A stretch of DNA of 64,000 bases from Kiritimatiellia bacterium (GCA_040767085.1 JAXGPF010000013.1:96001-160000); one strand, 5' to 3'; positions 49,685 through 60,097 are shown, counted from the first letter of the stretch. Notes: generated from the letters alone by a model not told the origin. Made by a program: numbers and translations.

Positions 49685-51925
49685 TCAATCCGCGGTTATC
49701 CGGTCCAACCAGATGGACGCCGCGGCGTCCAGGTCGAAGCCGGCCTTGGCGTCGCCGCGGTCGGCGGCGTTCATTTCCTCGGGATGATGAATCAGATCGC
49801 CATCGGCATCCGCCAGCCAGCGGTTGCCGGTGGATTGAATGCGCACAAAGCGAATCCAATCCAGACCCAGTTCCCCGATATCGAAAGAATCGCCGCCCGA
49901 GACGGCGGGGTCCGTGGGGTCCGGGTCCAGGCCGTTGCTCATGACGGGATTAACGCCGGCGAAACCGGTGTGATAGCAATAAGGATGGCGGAGGTTGAGT
50001 TGGCCGGTGGCCGGATCGTACCGCGGCGAAAAATCGGCGGGGAATTGATGCCAGGCCAGGCCATCCTGGCTGACCGACACCAGGGCCGGCTCCATGAACC
50101 GGGTGGTCGGATCGAGCGCGCCGGCCGCGCCGTTGACATAGAACACGTTTTCAAAAATGGTGAAATCGGCGCCCGGCCCATTCCACACGGTATTGTCGGC
50201 GAATTCCAGCGTGATGACTCCGCCATACGGAGCGGCGGCGCCGCCGTCATCGTTGCTGGCGGCGCCCAGCGAGACGATATCCGCCGAGCCGTGCGCCAAT
50301 CCCGCGCCGCGGGGCGCGCCCAGGACGATGCCCGGGAGTTCGGCGGCCCGGAAGGCATTGGGGTGGAGCAATCGCGCGTCCGCCACGCGGTCGGCGAATG
50401 GTTCGGCGTCCGGCGGCAGGCGGACTTGCAGGATCGGCGGCGGCGCCCCGGTGACTGCCAGGCCGGATTCTTCGAGGAAAGCAGTGTAATAATAGACGCC
50501 CGCGGCGAGATTCTCGTCCAGGCATTCTGTTCCGGCGCCGTAATAGATGGCAACGCCGTCCGTTGGCTGCAGCGGGGGCGCGCCGGCGCTTCTGACAATC
50601 CGGGCTGCGGCGTTAATGCTGTTTTCCGGCAAGTCCCAGGTCAGCGCCACGCGGGTGCGGCTCAAAAAAGCTGTCAGATTGGATATTCTGCCCGGCGTGG
50701 CCGGCAGTACCTGCAGGATGAATTGCACGGCGTCGGACTGACCCGCGGCGTCTTGCACGCTGACAGCAATTTCGTAGGCGCCGACGGCGGAGGGTTCGCC
50801 CGCGAAAGCGCCATCCGGTGAGAACCAGAGTCCGGGCGGCGGCGCTCCGGCAATGCTCCAGGTGTAGGGTTCAAGGCCGCCCGCTGCCTGGAAGGCATAC
50901 GCGAACGATTGGCCTTGGCGGATGGGCGCGGCCGGGACTTCCAGGATATCGGGGGCGGCGCGGACGCGCAGAGTAAATTCCCGGGCAACGCTTTGCTGGG
51001 CATCGTGCAGCCAGACCATGACCGGCATATCGGCAGGCGGGGCGTTGCTGTCAATTTCCCCGAAAATTTCGCCGGTAATTTGGTTCAGGATGAAGGCGCC
51101 CCAGGTTGACAAATCGCCCTCGGCGCTCCAGGTGTACGGCGGGATGCCGCCCGCCGCTTCAAGTTGGCAGCAATAATATCCGCCCGGCGCGGCCGCCGGC
51201 AGGATAGGCGTCAGAATCTCGAGCGGATTCTCCGGCGCAATGGTCAGGACGTATTCCGCCATGTCGCCGGCGCCGCGGCTGTCGGCTACCGCCAGGCGGA
51301 AAACCGCCGATGCCGGAGTGTCGGCGATCCCGGTCAGGCGGCCGCTGATATCCAGCGCCAATCCCGGCGGCAGCGTGCCGGCGGCGATTTGCCACTGGTA
51401 CGGCGGTTGGCCGCTGGCAGCCGCGAATTGAACGGAGTAGGGCTCGTTCACCCGGCCCGGCGGCAGGGCGCCGGTGGTAATGTACACAAGATTGGTGCCG
51501 CCGCCGACGGTTGGAATCCATTTGCCGCCACGGCGGATGGCGCCGAACCGTTCACGGATGGCGGCTTCCTTGGCCGGCTCCTCCAACGGGAGTCCGCCGG
51601 CCTCCGCCTGAAGTTGCATTGCCGGGGCATTGGAAACTTCCGGCGGAAATGCGCCGCCATCGGGATTTTTGGCCGCAGGTGCGGCCGGCACAGCCGCGGC
51701 CTGGTCCGGCGCGCTGGAAAGAGTTTGGGCGGCGGTGCGCTCCAGGGTGGATATTTCATCCGGCAAGCCGCCGGCGCCCGCCGATGCATCCGCTGGCAAA
51801 ACCGGGCCGGCGCCGGCGCCCTGGCTGAAGTTGCCCGAGAGCAGGCAGGCGCAACCCATCAGGCCGGCAATGCCGGCCATGCCGGCCAGGTAAAATTTGA
51901 TTGTCCGCTTTGCCGCGGCGCGCAT
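49685..51925 (-). CDS. Cell-surface protein with three putative Ig (He_PIG) repeats, FN3-like domain and a C-terminal beta domain (BtuH/LIC13355-like)
   Basis: N-terminal TM/signal; G.PPY.W repeats; SLG..GG.ITLEF..NGPGADFTIFEN.F..EPA.VSVSQDG..GGDSFDI..GFDLDA. Confidence 0.75.
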   Translation of the reverse strand: MRAAAKRTIKFYLAGMAGIAGLMGCACLLSGNFSQGAGAGPVLPADASAGAGGLPDEISTLERTAAQTLSSAPDQAAAVPAAPAAKNPDGGAFPPEVSNAPAMQLQAEAGGLPLEEPAKEAAIRERFGAIRRGGKWIPTVGGGTNLVYITTGALPPGRVNEPYSVQFAAASGQPPYQWQIAAGTLPPGLALDISGRLTGIADTPASAVFRLAVADSRGAGDMAEYVLTIAPENPLEILTPILPAAAPGGYYCCQLEAAGGIPPYTWSAEGDLSTWGAFILNQITGEIFGEIDSNAPPADMPVMVWLHDAQQSVAREFTLRVRAAPDILEVPAAPIRQGQSFAYAFQAAGGLEPYTWSIAGAPPPGLWFSPDGAFAGEPSAVGAYEIAVSVQDAAGQSDAVQFILQVLPATPGRISNLTAFLSRTRVALTWDLPENSINAAARIVRSAGAPPLQPTDGVAIYYGAGTECLDENLAAGVYYYTAFLEESGLAVTGAPPPILQVRLPPDAEPFADRVADARLLHPNAFRAAELPGIVLGAPRGAGLAHGSADIVSLGAASNDDGGAAAPYGGVITLEFADNTVWNGPGADFTIFENVFYVNGAAGALDPTTRFMEPALVSVSQDGLAWHQFPADFSPRYDPATGQLNLRHPYCYHTGFAGVNPVMSNGLDPDPTDPAVSGGDSFDIGELGLDWIRFVRIQSTGNRWLADADGDLIHHPEEMNAADRGDAKAGFDLDAAASIWLDRITAD

Positions 51926-52047
51926 AAAAAAACCTCCAGGCTCCCGTGAAAGAGTCTGAAGGCATTGAGAACACTGCGCGCCTGTCATTCTCCTTTCATG
52001 CGAAGGAGCCGCGGCGGCGCCAAGCGCCGCCCAATAACAGCGTGTTA

Positions 52048-52298
52048 AACAACGTCTCCTGACTTCCGGCTTCCAGCCTAATCCTTCGCCTTCCCCCGCC
52101 ATTCAAAGCGGGGTGGCCAATGAAGTTTCGCCGCGTCATCCCGAGCGCCAAGGGCGGATCGGGATAAGCGGTCACGTTCCTCGCGCGCGCAGGCGCAGCG
52201 GGATTGCGTGATAGCCGGTCACAGTGGCGCGACCGTATCCGATTTGCACGGATTTCCGTTTGTTTCCCACGAAAAATTCTGCCAAAGAACAATGTGAA
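52048..52298 (-). ncRNA. Cobalamin riboswitch
   Basis: Minus strand AAACGGAAATCCGTGCAAATCGGA..CGCCACTGTGA..GCCAC..GGGAAGG..AAGTCAGGAGAC, matching the class core and B12 box; boundaries approximate. Confidence 0.85.
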
Positions 52299-52430
52299 TT
52301 AATACGGGAGGGATATAAAACCAAGCCGGCGGATTTGTCAAGCAAAATTAACAGCAAAAAATAACAGCAGAAATAACAGCATGGCGTTGCGCTTGACACG
52401 GCCGTCCGGCTAAATTATTGTGCATAACTG

Positions 52431-53852
52431 ATGAAAACGCGGATTTCAAGGATATTATCAGGCAAGGAAGCAAGCCTGCTCCGCGCCGGTGCGGAAAGCA
52501 TTTTGGAAAGCATTTCCGACGGAGTCTTCACGGTGGACGCTGATTGGCGCATTTCCTCGTTTAACCGCGCCGCGGAAAAGATCACCGGCATCCGGCGGCG
52601 CGAAGCCCTGGGGCGGCCGTGCGCCGAGGTGTTCCGCTCCAATATGTGCGAGGCGGATTGCGCGCTCCGGCAGACCGTCAAGACCGGCAAGCCGATGGTC
52701 AACAAGTCCGCCTTTATCGTCACCGCCGCCGGGCGGCGCATACCCATTTCCGTCTCCACCGCCTTGCTGCGCGATGCCCGCGGTAAAATCACCGGCGGTG
52801 CGGAAACGTTCCGCGATTTGAGCCTCGTGGAGGAATTGCGCAAGGAATTGGCCGGCCGGTTTCACATGGGCGACCTGGTGAGTTGCAGCCCGCTCATGCG
52901 CCGTATTTTCGAAATCCTGCCCCAGGTGGCGGCCAGCGATGCGACGGTGTTGATCCTGGGCGAAACCGGCACCGGCAAGGAACTTTTAGCCCGCGCCATT
53001 CATGCGGAAAGCCGGCGGCATGCCCGGCCGTTCGTGGCGGTGAACTGCGGCGCCTTGCCCGATACGCTCCTGGAATCGGAACTCTTTGGTTACGTCAAGG
53101 GCGCCTTTACCGGGGCCGCGGCCGACAAGCCCGGCCGTTTTGCCCTGGCCGAAGGTGGCACGGTGTTCTTGGATGAAATCGGCGACATCAGCCCGGCGTT
53201 GCAGGTCCGGCTGCTGCGCGTGCTGCAGGAAAAAACCTTTGAGCCGCTTGGCGGAATCCAGCCCATTAACGCCAATGTCCGGGTGCTTGCCGCCACGCAT
53301 CGCGATCTGCCGGCGCAAATCCGCAAAGGACATTTCCGCGAGGATTTGTTTTACCGGCTGAATGTCATCAGCCTGGATTTGCCGCCCTTGCGCCGGCGTA
53401 AGGAGGATTTGCCGCTGCTGGTGGACCATTTTATCGCGCGGTATAACCGCCGGGACGGCAGAACCGTTGGCGGCGTGATGCCGGAAGTCATGGCGATTTT
53501 AATGGCGCATGATTATCCTGGTAATGTGCGGGAATTGGAAAACATTATCGAGCGCGCTCTGGTGCTGTGCCCGGCCGGCAAAATCGAACCGCGGCATTTG
53601 CCGCCGGAACTCGTTGCGTGGAGCGCGGCCGCCGGGGCCGCGCCGACCGCGGGCGCCGCCATGGCTGTGCAGAAACATGCCGTCGAGGCGCAGGCCATCC
53701 GCGCGGCGCTGGAGCGCAACCATTACAATCGCCTGGCAGCCGCTCGCGAACTGGGCGTGCATAAAACCACCTTGTTCCGTAAAATCCGGCAATTAGGATT
53801 GGACTTGCCTCGAACGGATGGCCGCGCGCGCCGGCGCCGCCCCGACAATTAA
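52431..53852 (+). CDS. PAS-domain sigma54-dependent Fis-family activator
   Basis: PAS, GETGTGKE, ESELFG, GAFTGA, FLDEIGD, YPGNVREL, C-terminal HTH. Confidence 0.95.
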   Translation: MKTRISRILSGKEASLLRAGAESILESISDGVFTVDADWRISSFNRAAEKITGIRRREALGRPCAEVFRSNMCEADCALRQTVKTGKPMVNKSAFIVTAAGRRIPISVSTALLRDARGKITGGAETFRDLSLVEELRKELAGRFHMGDLVSCSPLMRRIFEILPQVAASDATVLILGETGTGKELLARAIHAESRRHARPFVAVNCGALPDTLLESELFGYVKGAFTGAAADKPGRFALAEGGTVFLDEIGDISPALQVRLLRVLQEKTFEPLGGIQPINANVRVLAATHRDLPAQIRKGHFREDLFYRLNVISLDLPPLRRRKEDLPLLVDHFIARYNRRDGRTVGGVMPEVMAILMAHDYPGNVRELENIIERALVLCPAGKIEPRHLPPELVAWSAAAGAAPTAGAAMAVQKHAVEAQAIRAALERNHYNRLAAARELGVHKTTLFRKIRQLGLDLPRTDGRARRRRPDN

Positions 53853-54248
53853 TGCTACGGAAATCCTCCCCCGGGAAAAATCTACCCCCAAACGGTTCAT
53901 TTCCGGGCGTGATCATTACCCCGTCCGCCTTCTGCTGGCAGGGGGCATTTGGCGCCGGTCATATTATTCTTTTGCGGTTCATCTCACTAATAAATCCAGC
54001 TTGCCTGAAACACCTTACGCGTTAGCGGCAATGGACCTCTAAGCCGGATGCGTTATTGCCATGCCGGTGGCAGCGTGCGGTGCAATCCGCGGTTCAAGGT
54101 ACTGGCGTAAAAGTTGCGATAATGCTGCTGTTAGTGCTTGTATAAGTGCAATAAAGCTACTGTAAACGCGGTCAACATTTTTGCAAAACAATGCTTATGT
54201 CATTGATGGAGAATATTTAAAGTAAATATTTGGTTTAAATTCGTTGTT

Positions 54249-54264
54249 TGGCACGATTTCTGCA
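54249..54264 (+). promoter_or_regulatory. sigma54 -24/-12 promoter
   Basis: TGGCACGATTTCTGCA; AT-rich spacer upstream; candidate UAS pair AGTTGCGATAATGCTGCT / AGTGCAATAAAGCTACT at about 54112-54161. Confidence 0.8.
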
Positions 54265-54276
54265 TTATAAAGGAAC

Positions 54277-54675
54277 GTGCAACTTGGATTGACAATTTGG
54301 AATGGGCGGATTTCGCCGGTGCTGGATGTGGCGCGCCGGTTGTTGCTGGTGGAGGTGGAAGATGGGCGGGTGTCGGACCGGCGGGAGGAATTGCTGCCCG
54401 GTGTTTCTCCGCCGGCTCAAGTTGAGCGGCTGGCGGCGCTGGCGCCGCAGGTTTTGATTTGCGGCGCCATCTCGCAGGCAATGGTGGCTTTGCTGGCAGG
54501 CTTGCCGATGCAGGTGCTGCCGTTTGTGGCCGGTGAAACGGAGACAGTGCTTCAGGCTTGGCTGGACGGGTCGCTGGCAAGCCCGGGGCTGGCCATGCCC
54601 GGGTGTTGCGGCCGGCGCCGGCGCGGGTTTGGATGCGGCCCGGCGCGGGGCCGTGGCGGAAGGAGATGTTTTTAA
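54277..54675 (+). CDS. NifB/NifX-family cofactor-binding protein
   Basis: RISPVLDVA, LICGAIS, MPGCCG plus Gly/Arg tail; GTG start. Confidence 0.8.
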   Translation: MQLGLTIWNGRISPVLDVARRLLLVEVEDGRVSDRREELLPGVSPPAQVERLAALAPQVLICGAISQAMVALLAGLPMQVLPFVAGETETVLQAWLDGSLASPGLAMPGCCGRRRRGFGCGPARGRGGRRCF

Positions 54676-54733
54676 CCGGTGGCTCAGTGACGGCGGCAAT
54701 ATGGTTCGTATTGGTTGATTGGCACACATAATA

Positions 54734-54986
54734 CCTGAATTTTGCACGAATATTGGTATTGAAATTATTTTAAGCAATCATAATGCGTGCAAATTAAAAT
54801 TGCACCGTTATTTATTATCAACCATATGGTTACACAAGCATAGTGTCCGGAAACACCAATATTCGCCTGCAGCCGGCCGCGCGATTTTGGCGCAGGGCTT
54901 TGTTGCTCGGGGTTTTGCGGTATATTTATACAGCGGCACCCCTCGCGCCGCGCCCTGCGCCAAACTTGCGCGGTGCAAAATTCAGG
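54734..54986. mobile_element. MITE family B, copy 2 (253 bp, no inserts)
   Basis: Perfect TIR CCTGAATTTTGCAC/GTGCAAAATTCAGG; 5-bp TSD TAATA. Confidence 0.88.
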
Positions 54987-55007
54987 TAATAGAAAGAAGG
55001 CTTTGAA

Positions 55008-55370
55008 ATGAAAATCGCAATACCAGCGGCGGGTAATGATGTTAATTCCAACCTGGATCCCCGGTTCGGGCGCGCCAAGTATTTTTTGGTGGCCGATACG
55101 GAGTCGGACGCGGTGGAGGCGCACGACAATACGCAGAATTTGAATGCAGCGCAGGGGGCGGGTATCCAGGCTGCGCAAAATGTGTCAAATCTGGGCGTGG
55201 CGGCGGTGATTTCCGGCAATGTCGGGCCCAAGGCTTTTCAGGTGTTGAACGCCGCCGGCATCAAGGTTTACCTGTGCGAGCGCGCCACGGTCGCGGAGGC
55301 GATCCGGCGGTTCAAGGCTGGGGAATTGAAGGAAGTTGACGCCGCCAATGTCGCGGGGCACTGGATGTGA
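55008..55370 (+). CDS. NifB/NifX-family protein (MTH1175-like)
   Basis: DPRFGRAKYF, GAGIQAAQ, GNVGPKAF, GHW. Confidence 0.9.
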   Translation: MKIAIPAAGNDVNSNLDPRFGRAKYFLVADTESDAVEAHDNTQNLNAAQGAGIQAAQNVSNLGVAAVISGNVGPKAFQVLNAAGIKVYLCERATVAEAIRRFKAGELKEVDAANVAGHWM

Positions 55371-55429
55371 GCGGATTGGAAGCACAGCGCGTAAGTGAAG
55401 GATAATAAAATCAGCGAAAGGAGGCAGTT

Positions 55430-55831
55430 ATGCCTGCAGGAGATGGAACTGGACCGATGGGAATGGGCCCTATGACCGGACGCGCGGCTGGCTATTGCGC
55501 CGGCTACGGCATGCCCGGGTACATGAATCCCGTGCCGGGACGCGGTTTCGGCGCGGGGTATGGCCGCGGCGGCGGATTCTGGGGCCGCGGCGGAGGCCGC
55601 GGTTGCCGCAACCGCTATTACGCCACCGGGTTAACCGGATGGCAGCGCGCAGGATATGGAGCACCCGTGTGGGGCGGAGTTCCGACCGCGCCGGTTGCGC
55701 CGTATGGCGTTGCGCCCACCCGCGAGCAGCAGCTTGACGCCATGAAAGGCCAGGCGTCGTATTTCGAGGATGCCTTGAAGGATCTTCGGAAACGCATGGA
55801 AGAACTGGAAGCGGAAAAGTCAGACAAGTAA
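55430..55831 (+). CDS. DUF5320-family protein
   Basis: MPAGDGTGPMGMGPMTGRAAGYC, Gly-rich middle, C-terminal coiled coil. Confidence 0.85.
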   Translation: MPAGDGTGPMGMGPMTGRAAGYCAGYGMPGYMNPVPGRGFGAGYGRGGGFWGRGGGRGCRNRYYATGLTGWQRAGYGAPVWGGVPTAPVAPYGVAPTREQQLDAMKGQASYFEDALKDLRKRMEELEAEKSDK

Positions 55832-55890
55832 AATCATGCCGCACGCCATGTCTGGAACATGGCGTGCGGCCCGCTGAATGTGAGGTGTTT

Positions 55891-56124
55891 ATGCCCAGGG
55901 GAGATGGAACTGGACCAATGGGTGGCGGCCCCGGCACCGGCCGGGGCAGTGGTATGGGCGGCGGCATGGGCGCGGGCCGCGGGCGCATGGGCGGTTTTGG
56001 ACTCGGCGCCGGCGGGAATTGCGTTTGCCCGAAGTGCGGCAAAACGGCGCCCCATGAGCGCGGCGCGCCCTGCTCGCAGATGCAGTGTCCGGCCTGTGGG
56101 ACGGCGATGACTCGTGCGCAATGA
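55891..56124 (+). CDS. DUF5320-like N-terminus plus zinc ribbon protein
   Basis: MPRGDGTGP..CVCPKCG..HERGAPC..CPACGTAM. Confidence 0.8.
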   Translation: MPRGDGTGPMGGGPGTGRGSGMGGGMGAGRGRMGGFGLGAGGNCVCPKCGKTAPHERGAPCSQMQCPACGTAMTRAQ

Positions 56125-56184
56125 CGCGATCTACAAACCAGGCTTTGCCCACAGCCCAATGCATGCTATCATCCATTCCACCGT

Positions 56185-56377
56185 TGTGGCTTGAATTCGG
56201 TTCGAAAAGAACGGCGGCGATCTTGCCCCATCTGCCGTCTGCTGACGGGCGTCCCTACGGGCGGGCTTCCCGGAAGATGGGCAACCGCAAGGTTAGCCCC
56301 GCTCCCGGAGCGCCCGCATCTGGGGCAAGCTTGCCTTGTCTTTTAGAATCCCTGCGGGCGCCCGAATTCAAACCACA
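56185..56377 (+). repeat. TIR-bounded structured repeat family C, copy 2
   Basis: TIR TGTGGCTTGAATTCGG/CCGAATTCAAACCACA (15/16); shares GTTCGAAAAG, CGGGCGGGCTT, TTAGCCCCGC and CTTGCCTTGTCTTTT with copy 1. Confidence 0.7.
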
Positions 56378-56447
56378 CATGCCCCCATGCTTCGCGCAGC
56401 GCTACGCATAAAAATTGTCTTTAAATTTCAACCTAAAGAAATCCATC

Positions 56448-58274
56448 ATGATTTTAGCGATTGCCAGCGGCAAGGGCGGGACCGGCAAGACAACCTTTGC
56501 CGTTAATCTGGCCTATGCGCTTGCCCAAAGGGGAGAACGGGTCAGACTTTTGGATTGCGATGTCGAGGAACCGAACGACCACTTGTTTGTCCGGCCAAAA
56601 TTCACCGCCCGGAATCCGGTCATGGCGCTGAAACCGGTCTGGGATTCATCCAAATGCGATGCCTGCGGCAAATGCGCCGCCGCCTGCAATTATAACGCGA
56701 TTGCGGTGGTTAAAAACAAGGTTTTGATATTCAACGAACTGTGCCATTCCTGCGGCGCGTGCTCGTTTGTCTGTCCGTGTGACGCCTTGTCGGAACGGGA
56801 CGCTGAAATTGGGGAAGTGGAAGCGGCGTTGGATCATCACCCGTTTGGGTTCGCGCATGGAAAGTTGAACATCGGCGAGGCGCTGGCGCCCAATGTCGTC
56901 CGCGCGGTTAAAAAACATATTGATCCGCAGGCGATCAACATCCTCGATGCCGCGCCGGGCACGGCATGCCCGGTGGTGGCGGCCGTCGGCGGCGCCGATT
57001 GTGTATTGCTGGTGACCGAACCTACGCCGTTCGGTTTGAACGATTTGAAACTCGCCGTGGGCTTGACTTTGAAAATGGGGGTGCCGACAGGCATTCTGGT
57101 AAATCGTTCGGACGGCAAGGATGCCATTATTGCCGACTATGCCCGGCGCGTCGGATTGCCGATCGCAGGGCGCATTCCATTCAAACGGGAATACGCCGAA
57201 GCCTATTCCGGCGGCGGGATCCTGGTGGAAACGTTCCCGGAATTGCGCGCCAACCTGCTGCAGATTTTCGATCGCCTGGCGACCGCCACCCCCCCGGCGC
57301 CGGCGGAAGAGCCGTTTGCCGTCTCCCCTGGCATTCCGCCGCCGTTAGCTGCGGGCAATGCGGATGATTACCGGGAGATCACCGTCATCAGCGGCAAGGG
57401 CGGCACGGGGAAAACCACGGTGGTGGCATCCTTGGCCCATCTGGCGCATAACAAGATTATGGCTGATAATGATGTGGATGCCGCCGATTTGCATCTGCTG
57501 CTGACCCCGGTAGTGCGCGAGCAGCATGATTTTATCGGTAGCGCCAAGGCGGAGATCATCTCCGACAAGTGCATCGGCTGCGGTAAATGCGCGCAAGTTT
57601 GCCATTTCGACGCGATCCATTTTGACGGCTCCGCCAATGACATTGTCGGTTTGACATACCGGATTGACCCCCTGGCCTGCGAAGGTTGCGGGCTGTGTCC
57701 CATGGTTTGCCCGGTTGAGGCGATCCGCAAAACGCCGAATGTCACCGGTCAATGGTATATCTCCAGCACGGATTTCGGCCCGATGGTCCACGCCCGCCTG
57801 GGCATGGCCGAGGAAAATTCCGGGCGGCTGGTGGCGCAGGTGCGCCGGCGCGCCGCGGAACTGGCCGGCAAATTGAAGCAGAGTTTGATCCTGGGCGATG
57901 GCCCTCCGGGCACGGGCTGCCCGGTGATCGCCTCGGTCTCCGGCGCCGACCTGGTGTTAATCGTTACCGAGCCGACAGTCTCCGGCGTCCATGACATGGA
58001 GCGGGTGCTCCAACTGACGCGGCATTTCCAGGTGCCGGCAGCGGTGGTGATCAACAAGGCGGACTTGAACGCGGAACAGGCCGGCCGCATCGAAAAAATT
58101 GCGCGGGAGCATAATGCGCGGGTGATTGGCCGCATACCATTCGACCGCGCGGTCAACGACGCCTTGATGGCGGGTAAAACCGTCATTGCCCATGGCTCCA
58201 GCCCGGCCGCTGACGCCTTGCGCGCTGTCTGGCATGCATTGGAGGCGGAACTGGCGCAGTTGCGCGGCGGTTGA
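56448..58274 (+). CDS. Fusion of two MinD-superfamily P-loop ATPases, each with an inserted 2x[4Fe-4S] ferredoxin
   Basis: SGKGGTGKT twice; four CxxCxxCxxxC; PGT.CPV and TEPT twice. Confidence 0.9.
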   Translation: MILAIASGKGGTGKTTFAVNLAYALAQRGERVRLLDCDVEEPNDHLFVRPKFTARNPVMALKPVWDSSKCDACGKCAAACNYNAIAVVKNKVLIFNELCHSCGACSFVCPCDALSERDAEIGEVEAALDHHPFGFAHGKLNIGEALAPNVVRAVKKHIDPQAINILDAAPGTACPVVAAVGGADCVLLVTEPTPFGLNDLKLAVGLTLKMGVPTGILVNRSDGKDAIIADYARRVGLPIAGRIPFKREYAEAYSGGGILVETFPELRANLLQIFDRLATATPPAPAEEPFAVSPGIPPPLAAGNADDYREITVISGKGGTGKTTVVASLAHLAHNKIMADNDVDAADLHLLLTPVVREQHDFIGSAKAEIISDKCIGCGKCAQVCHFDAIHFDGSANDIVGLTYRIDPLACEGCGLCPMVCPVEAIRKTPNVTGQWYISSTDFGPMVHARLGMAEENSGRLVAQVRRRAAELAGKLKQSLILGDGPPGTGCPVIASVSGADLVLIVTEPTVSGVHDMERVLQLTRHFQVPAAVVINKADLNAEQAGRIEKIAREHNARVIGRIPFDRAVNDALMAGKTVIAHGSSPAADALRAVWHALEAELAQLRGG

Positions 58275-58356
58275 AACGCGGCGTTGAGGTCCGGGCGCAT
58301 GCCTGGTGCCGCGCACATGGCGGCCGGCCGGCTTGGAAGACGGAGATTGGCAATAT

Positions 58357-58707
58357 ATGACTCAAAACATGGATCAGGACGACTCGTATTTCGGGCGGAT
58401 GAACGACCCGGTGGCTTCGGCGTCGCTCACGGGGCCGTGCGGCGACACAATGGAATTTTACCTGGCGATCCGCAACGACCTTATCGCAGACGTTAAATAC
58501 TACACGCAGGGATGCGGCAACACCCGGAATTGCGGCCGCGCCGTCGCCCGCCGGGCGCAGGGACGCAAAATCACCGACGCCCTTTCAATCAGCGCCGGGG
58601 AAATCATCCGTTCCGGGGAATGCGAGCCGGCGGCCGGACGGCATTGCGCCATTCTGGCGGTCAGCGCCTTGTATCGGGCAATCGCTGATTACTTGCTGGC
58701 GCCGTAA
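58357..58707 (+). CDS. IscU/NifU N-terminal-like Fe-S scaffold
   Basis: GPCGDTM, GCG, HCA.LA. Confidence 0.85.
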   Translation: MTQNMDQDDSYFGRMNDPVASASLTGPCGDTMEFYLAIRNDLIADVKYYTQGCGNTRNCGRAVARRAQGRKITDALSISAGEIIRSGECEPAAGRHCAILAVSALYRAIADYLLAP

Positions 58708-58744
58708 CTTTTATCGTCAAACCGCGGATTAACAGGAGCGAAAA

Positions 58745-60088
58745 ATGCGTAAAACGGATGTTTTGATTGTTGGCGGCAGCGCGGCCGGCGCCACGGCGGC
58801 CGTCACCGCCCGGCGGCATTACCCGGACAAGGAAGTCTTGTTGGTCCGCAAGGAGGAAAAAGTGCTGATTCCCTGCGGAATTCCCTATATTTTCGGCACT
58901 TTGGGCGATCCGTCAAAGAACATCATTCCCGACGCCATGCTGACCAGGGATGGCGTCAAGATTGCGATTGAAACGGTTGAAAAACTTGATGCCGTCAAGT
59001 TGGTGGTAACTACGGACAAGGGCGAGATTGGCTGTGAACGGTTGGTTTGGGCCGCCGGATCCATGCCTGGGAGCTTGCCGGTGCCGGGGTTCGATCTGGA
59101 TGGCGCATTTCCCATCTTGAAGGATGTTGACCATCTTGCCGCATTGCAAAAAAGATTACAGTCAGCCGCCAATGTGGTGGTGATTGGTTGCGGTTTCATC
59201 GGGATTGAGTTTGCCGATGAAATCAACAAACTGGGCGGCAAGAAAATCACCGTGCTGGAGATTGCCCCTTATTGCCTGAGCCTCGCGTACGACGAGGAGT
59301 TTTGCGCGGAAATGCAGGCGTTGATAAAATCCCGGGGCATTGATGTGCGCACCAATGCCAAAGTTGCCGCGATCCAAGGCGCGGAGCGGGTTGAATCGGT
59401 GAAATTGACCAGCGGCGAAGTTATTCCGGCGGATGTGGTGATTTTTGGCGTGGGGGCGGTGCCGAATGTTGAAATGGCCAGGACCGCCGGCCTGAAGCTT
59501 GGTCCGACCGGCGCCATTGCCGTTGATCGCGCCATGCGCGCCTCGCATAAAAATGTGTTCGCCTGCGGCGATTGCGCGGAAAAGATATCTTTTTTCAGCG
59601 GGCGTCCCAGCCCCTTGCGCTTGGCGTCTATTGCCACTTTGGAAGCGCGCATTGCCGGCGCCAATCTGTTCAGCACCCGGCGCGAACACGACGGGACGGT
59701 GGGGGTTTGGTCAACCGCCATCGGCGATTTGGCCATGGGCACGGCTGGATTTACAGAAGGGGCGGCGCAGCAAAATGGCTACGATTGCGTATCCGTGGAG
59801 GTGGAAGGTCCCAACCGGCATCCGGGCGGCATGCCAGGCGCCGCGCCCACTAAATTGAAACTGGTTTTTGAAAGGCATACCGGAACTTTGCTGGGCGGTC
59901 AGGTGCGGGGCAATGCTTCCGCCGGGGAGATCATCAATATCATCGCCGCCTGCATCCAGAAACGCATGCTGGCCGAGGACATCGCCACCTTCCAGATGGG
60001 CACACATCCTGCATTGACGGCCTCGCCCATCGCCTATCATCTTGTCAATGCGGCTGAAATGGCCATCGCCCGTATGCGCCGGTGCTAG
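58745..60088 (+). CDS. FAD-dependent pyridine nucleotide-disulfide oxidoreductase (CoA-disulfide reductase/NADH oxidase-like)
   Basis: IVGGSAAG, PCGIPY, IGCGFIG.E, ACGDC. Confidence 0.88.
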   Translation: MRKTDVLIVGGSAAGATAAVTARRHYPDKEVLLVRKEEKVLIPCGIPYIFGTLGDPSKNIIPDAMLTRDGVKIAIETVEKLDAVKLVVTTDKGEIGCERLVWAAGSMPGSLPVPGFDLDGAFPILKDVDHLAALQKRLQSAANVVVIGCGFIGIEFADEINKLGGKKITVLEIAPYCLSLAYDEEFCAEMQALIKSRGIDVRTNAKVAAIQGAERVESVKLTSGEVIPADVVIFGVGAVPNVEMARTAGLKLGPTGAIAVDRAMRASHKNVFACGDCAEKISFFSGRPSPLRLASIATLEARIAGANLFSTRREHDGTVGVWSTAIGDLAMGTAGFTEGAAQQNGYDCVSVEVEGPNRHPGGMPGAAPTKLKLVFERHTGTLLGGQVRGNASAGEIINIIAACIQKRMLAEDIATFQMGTHPALTASPIAYHLVNAAEMAIARMRRC

Positions 60089-60097
60089 GAGGCAAAC

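Noticed and set aside
54277-55370. Nitrogen fixation cluster
   Set aside because: Only NifX-like fold proteins are present; no nifHDK/ENB.
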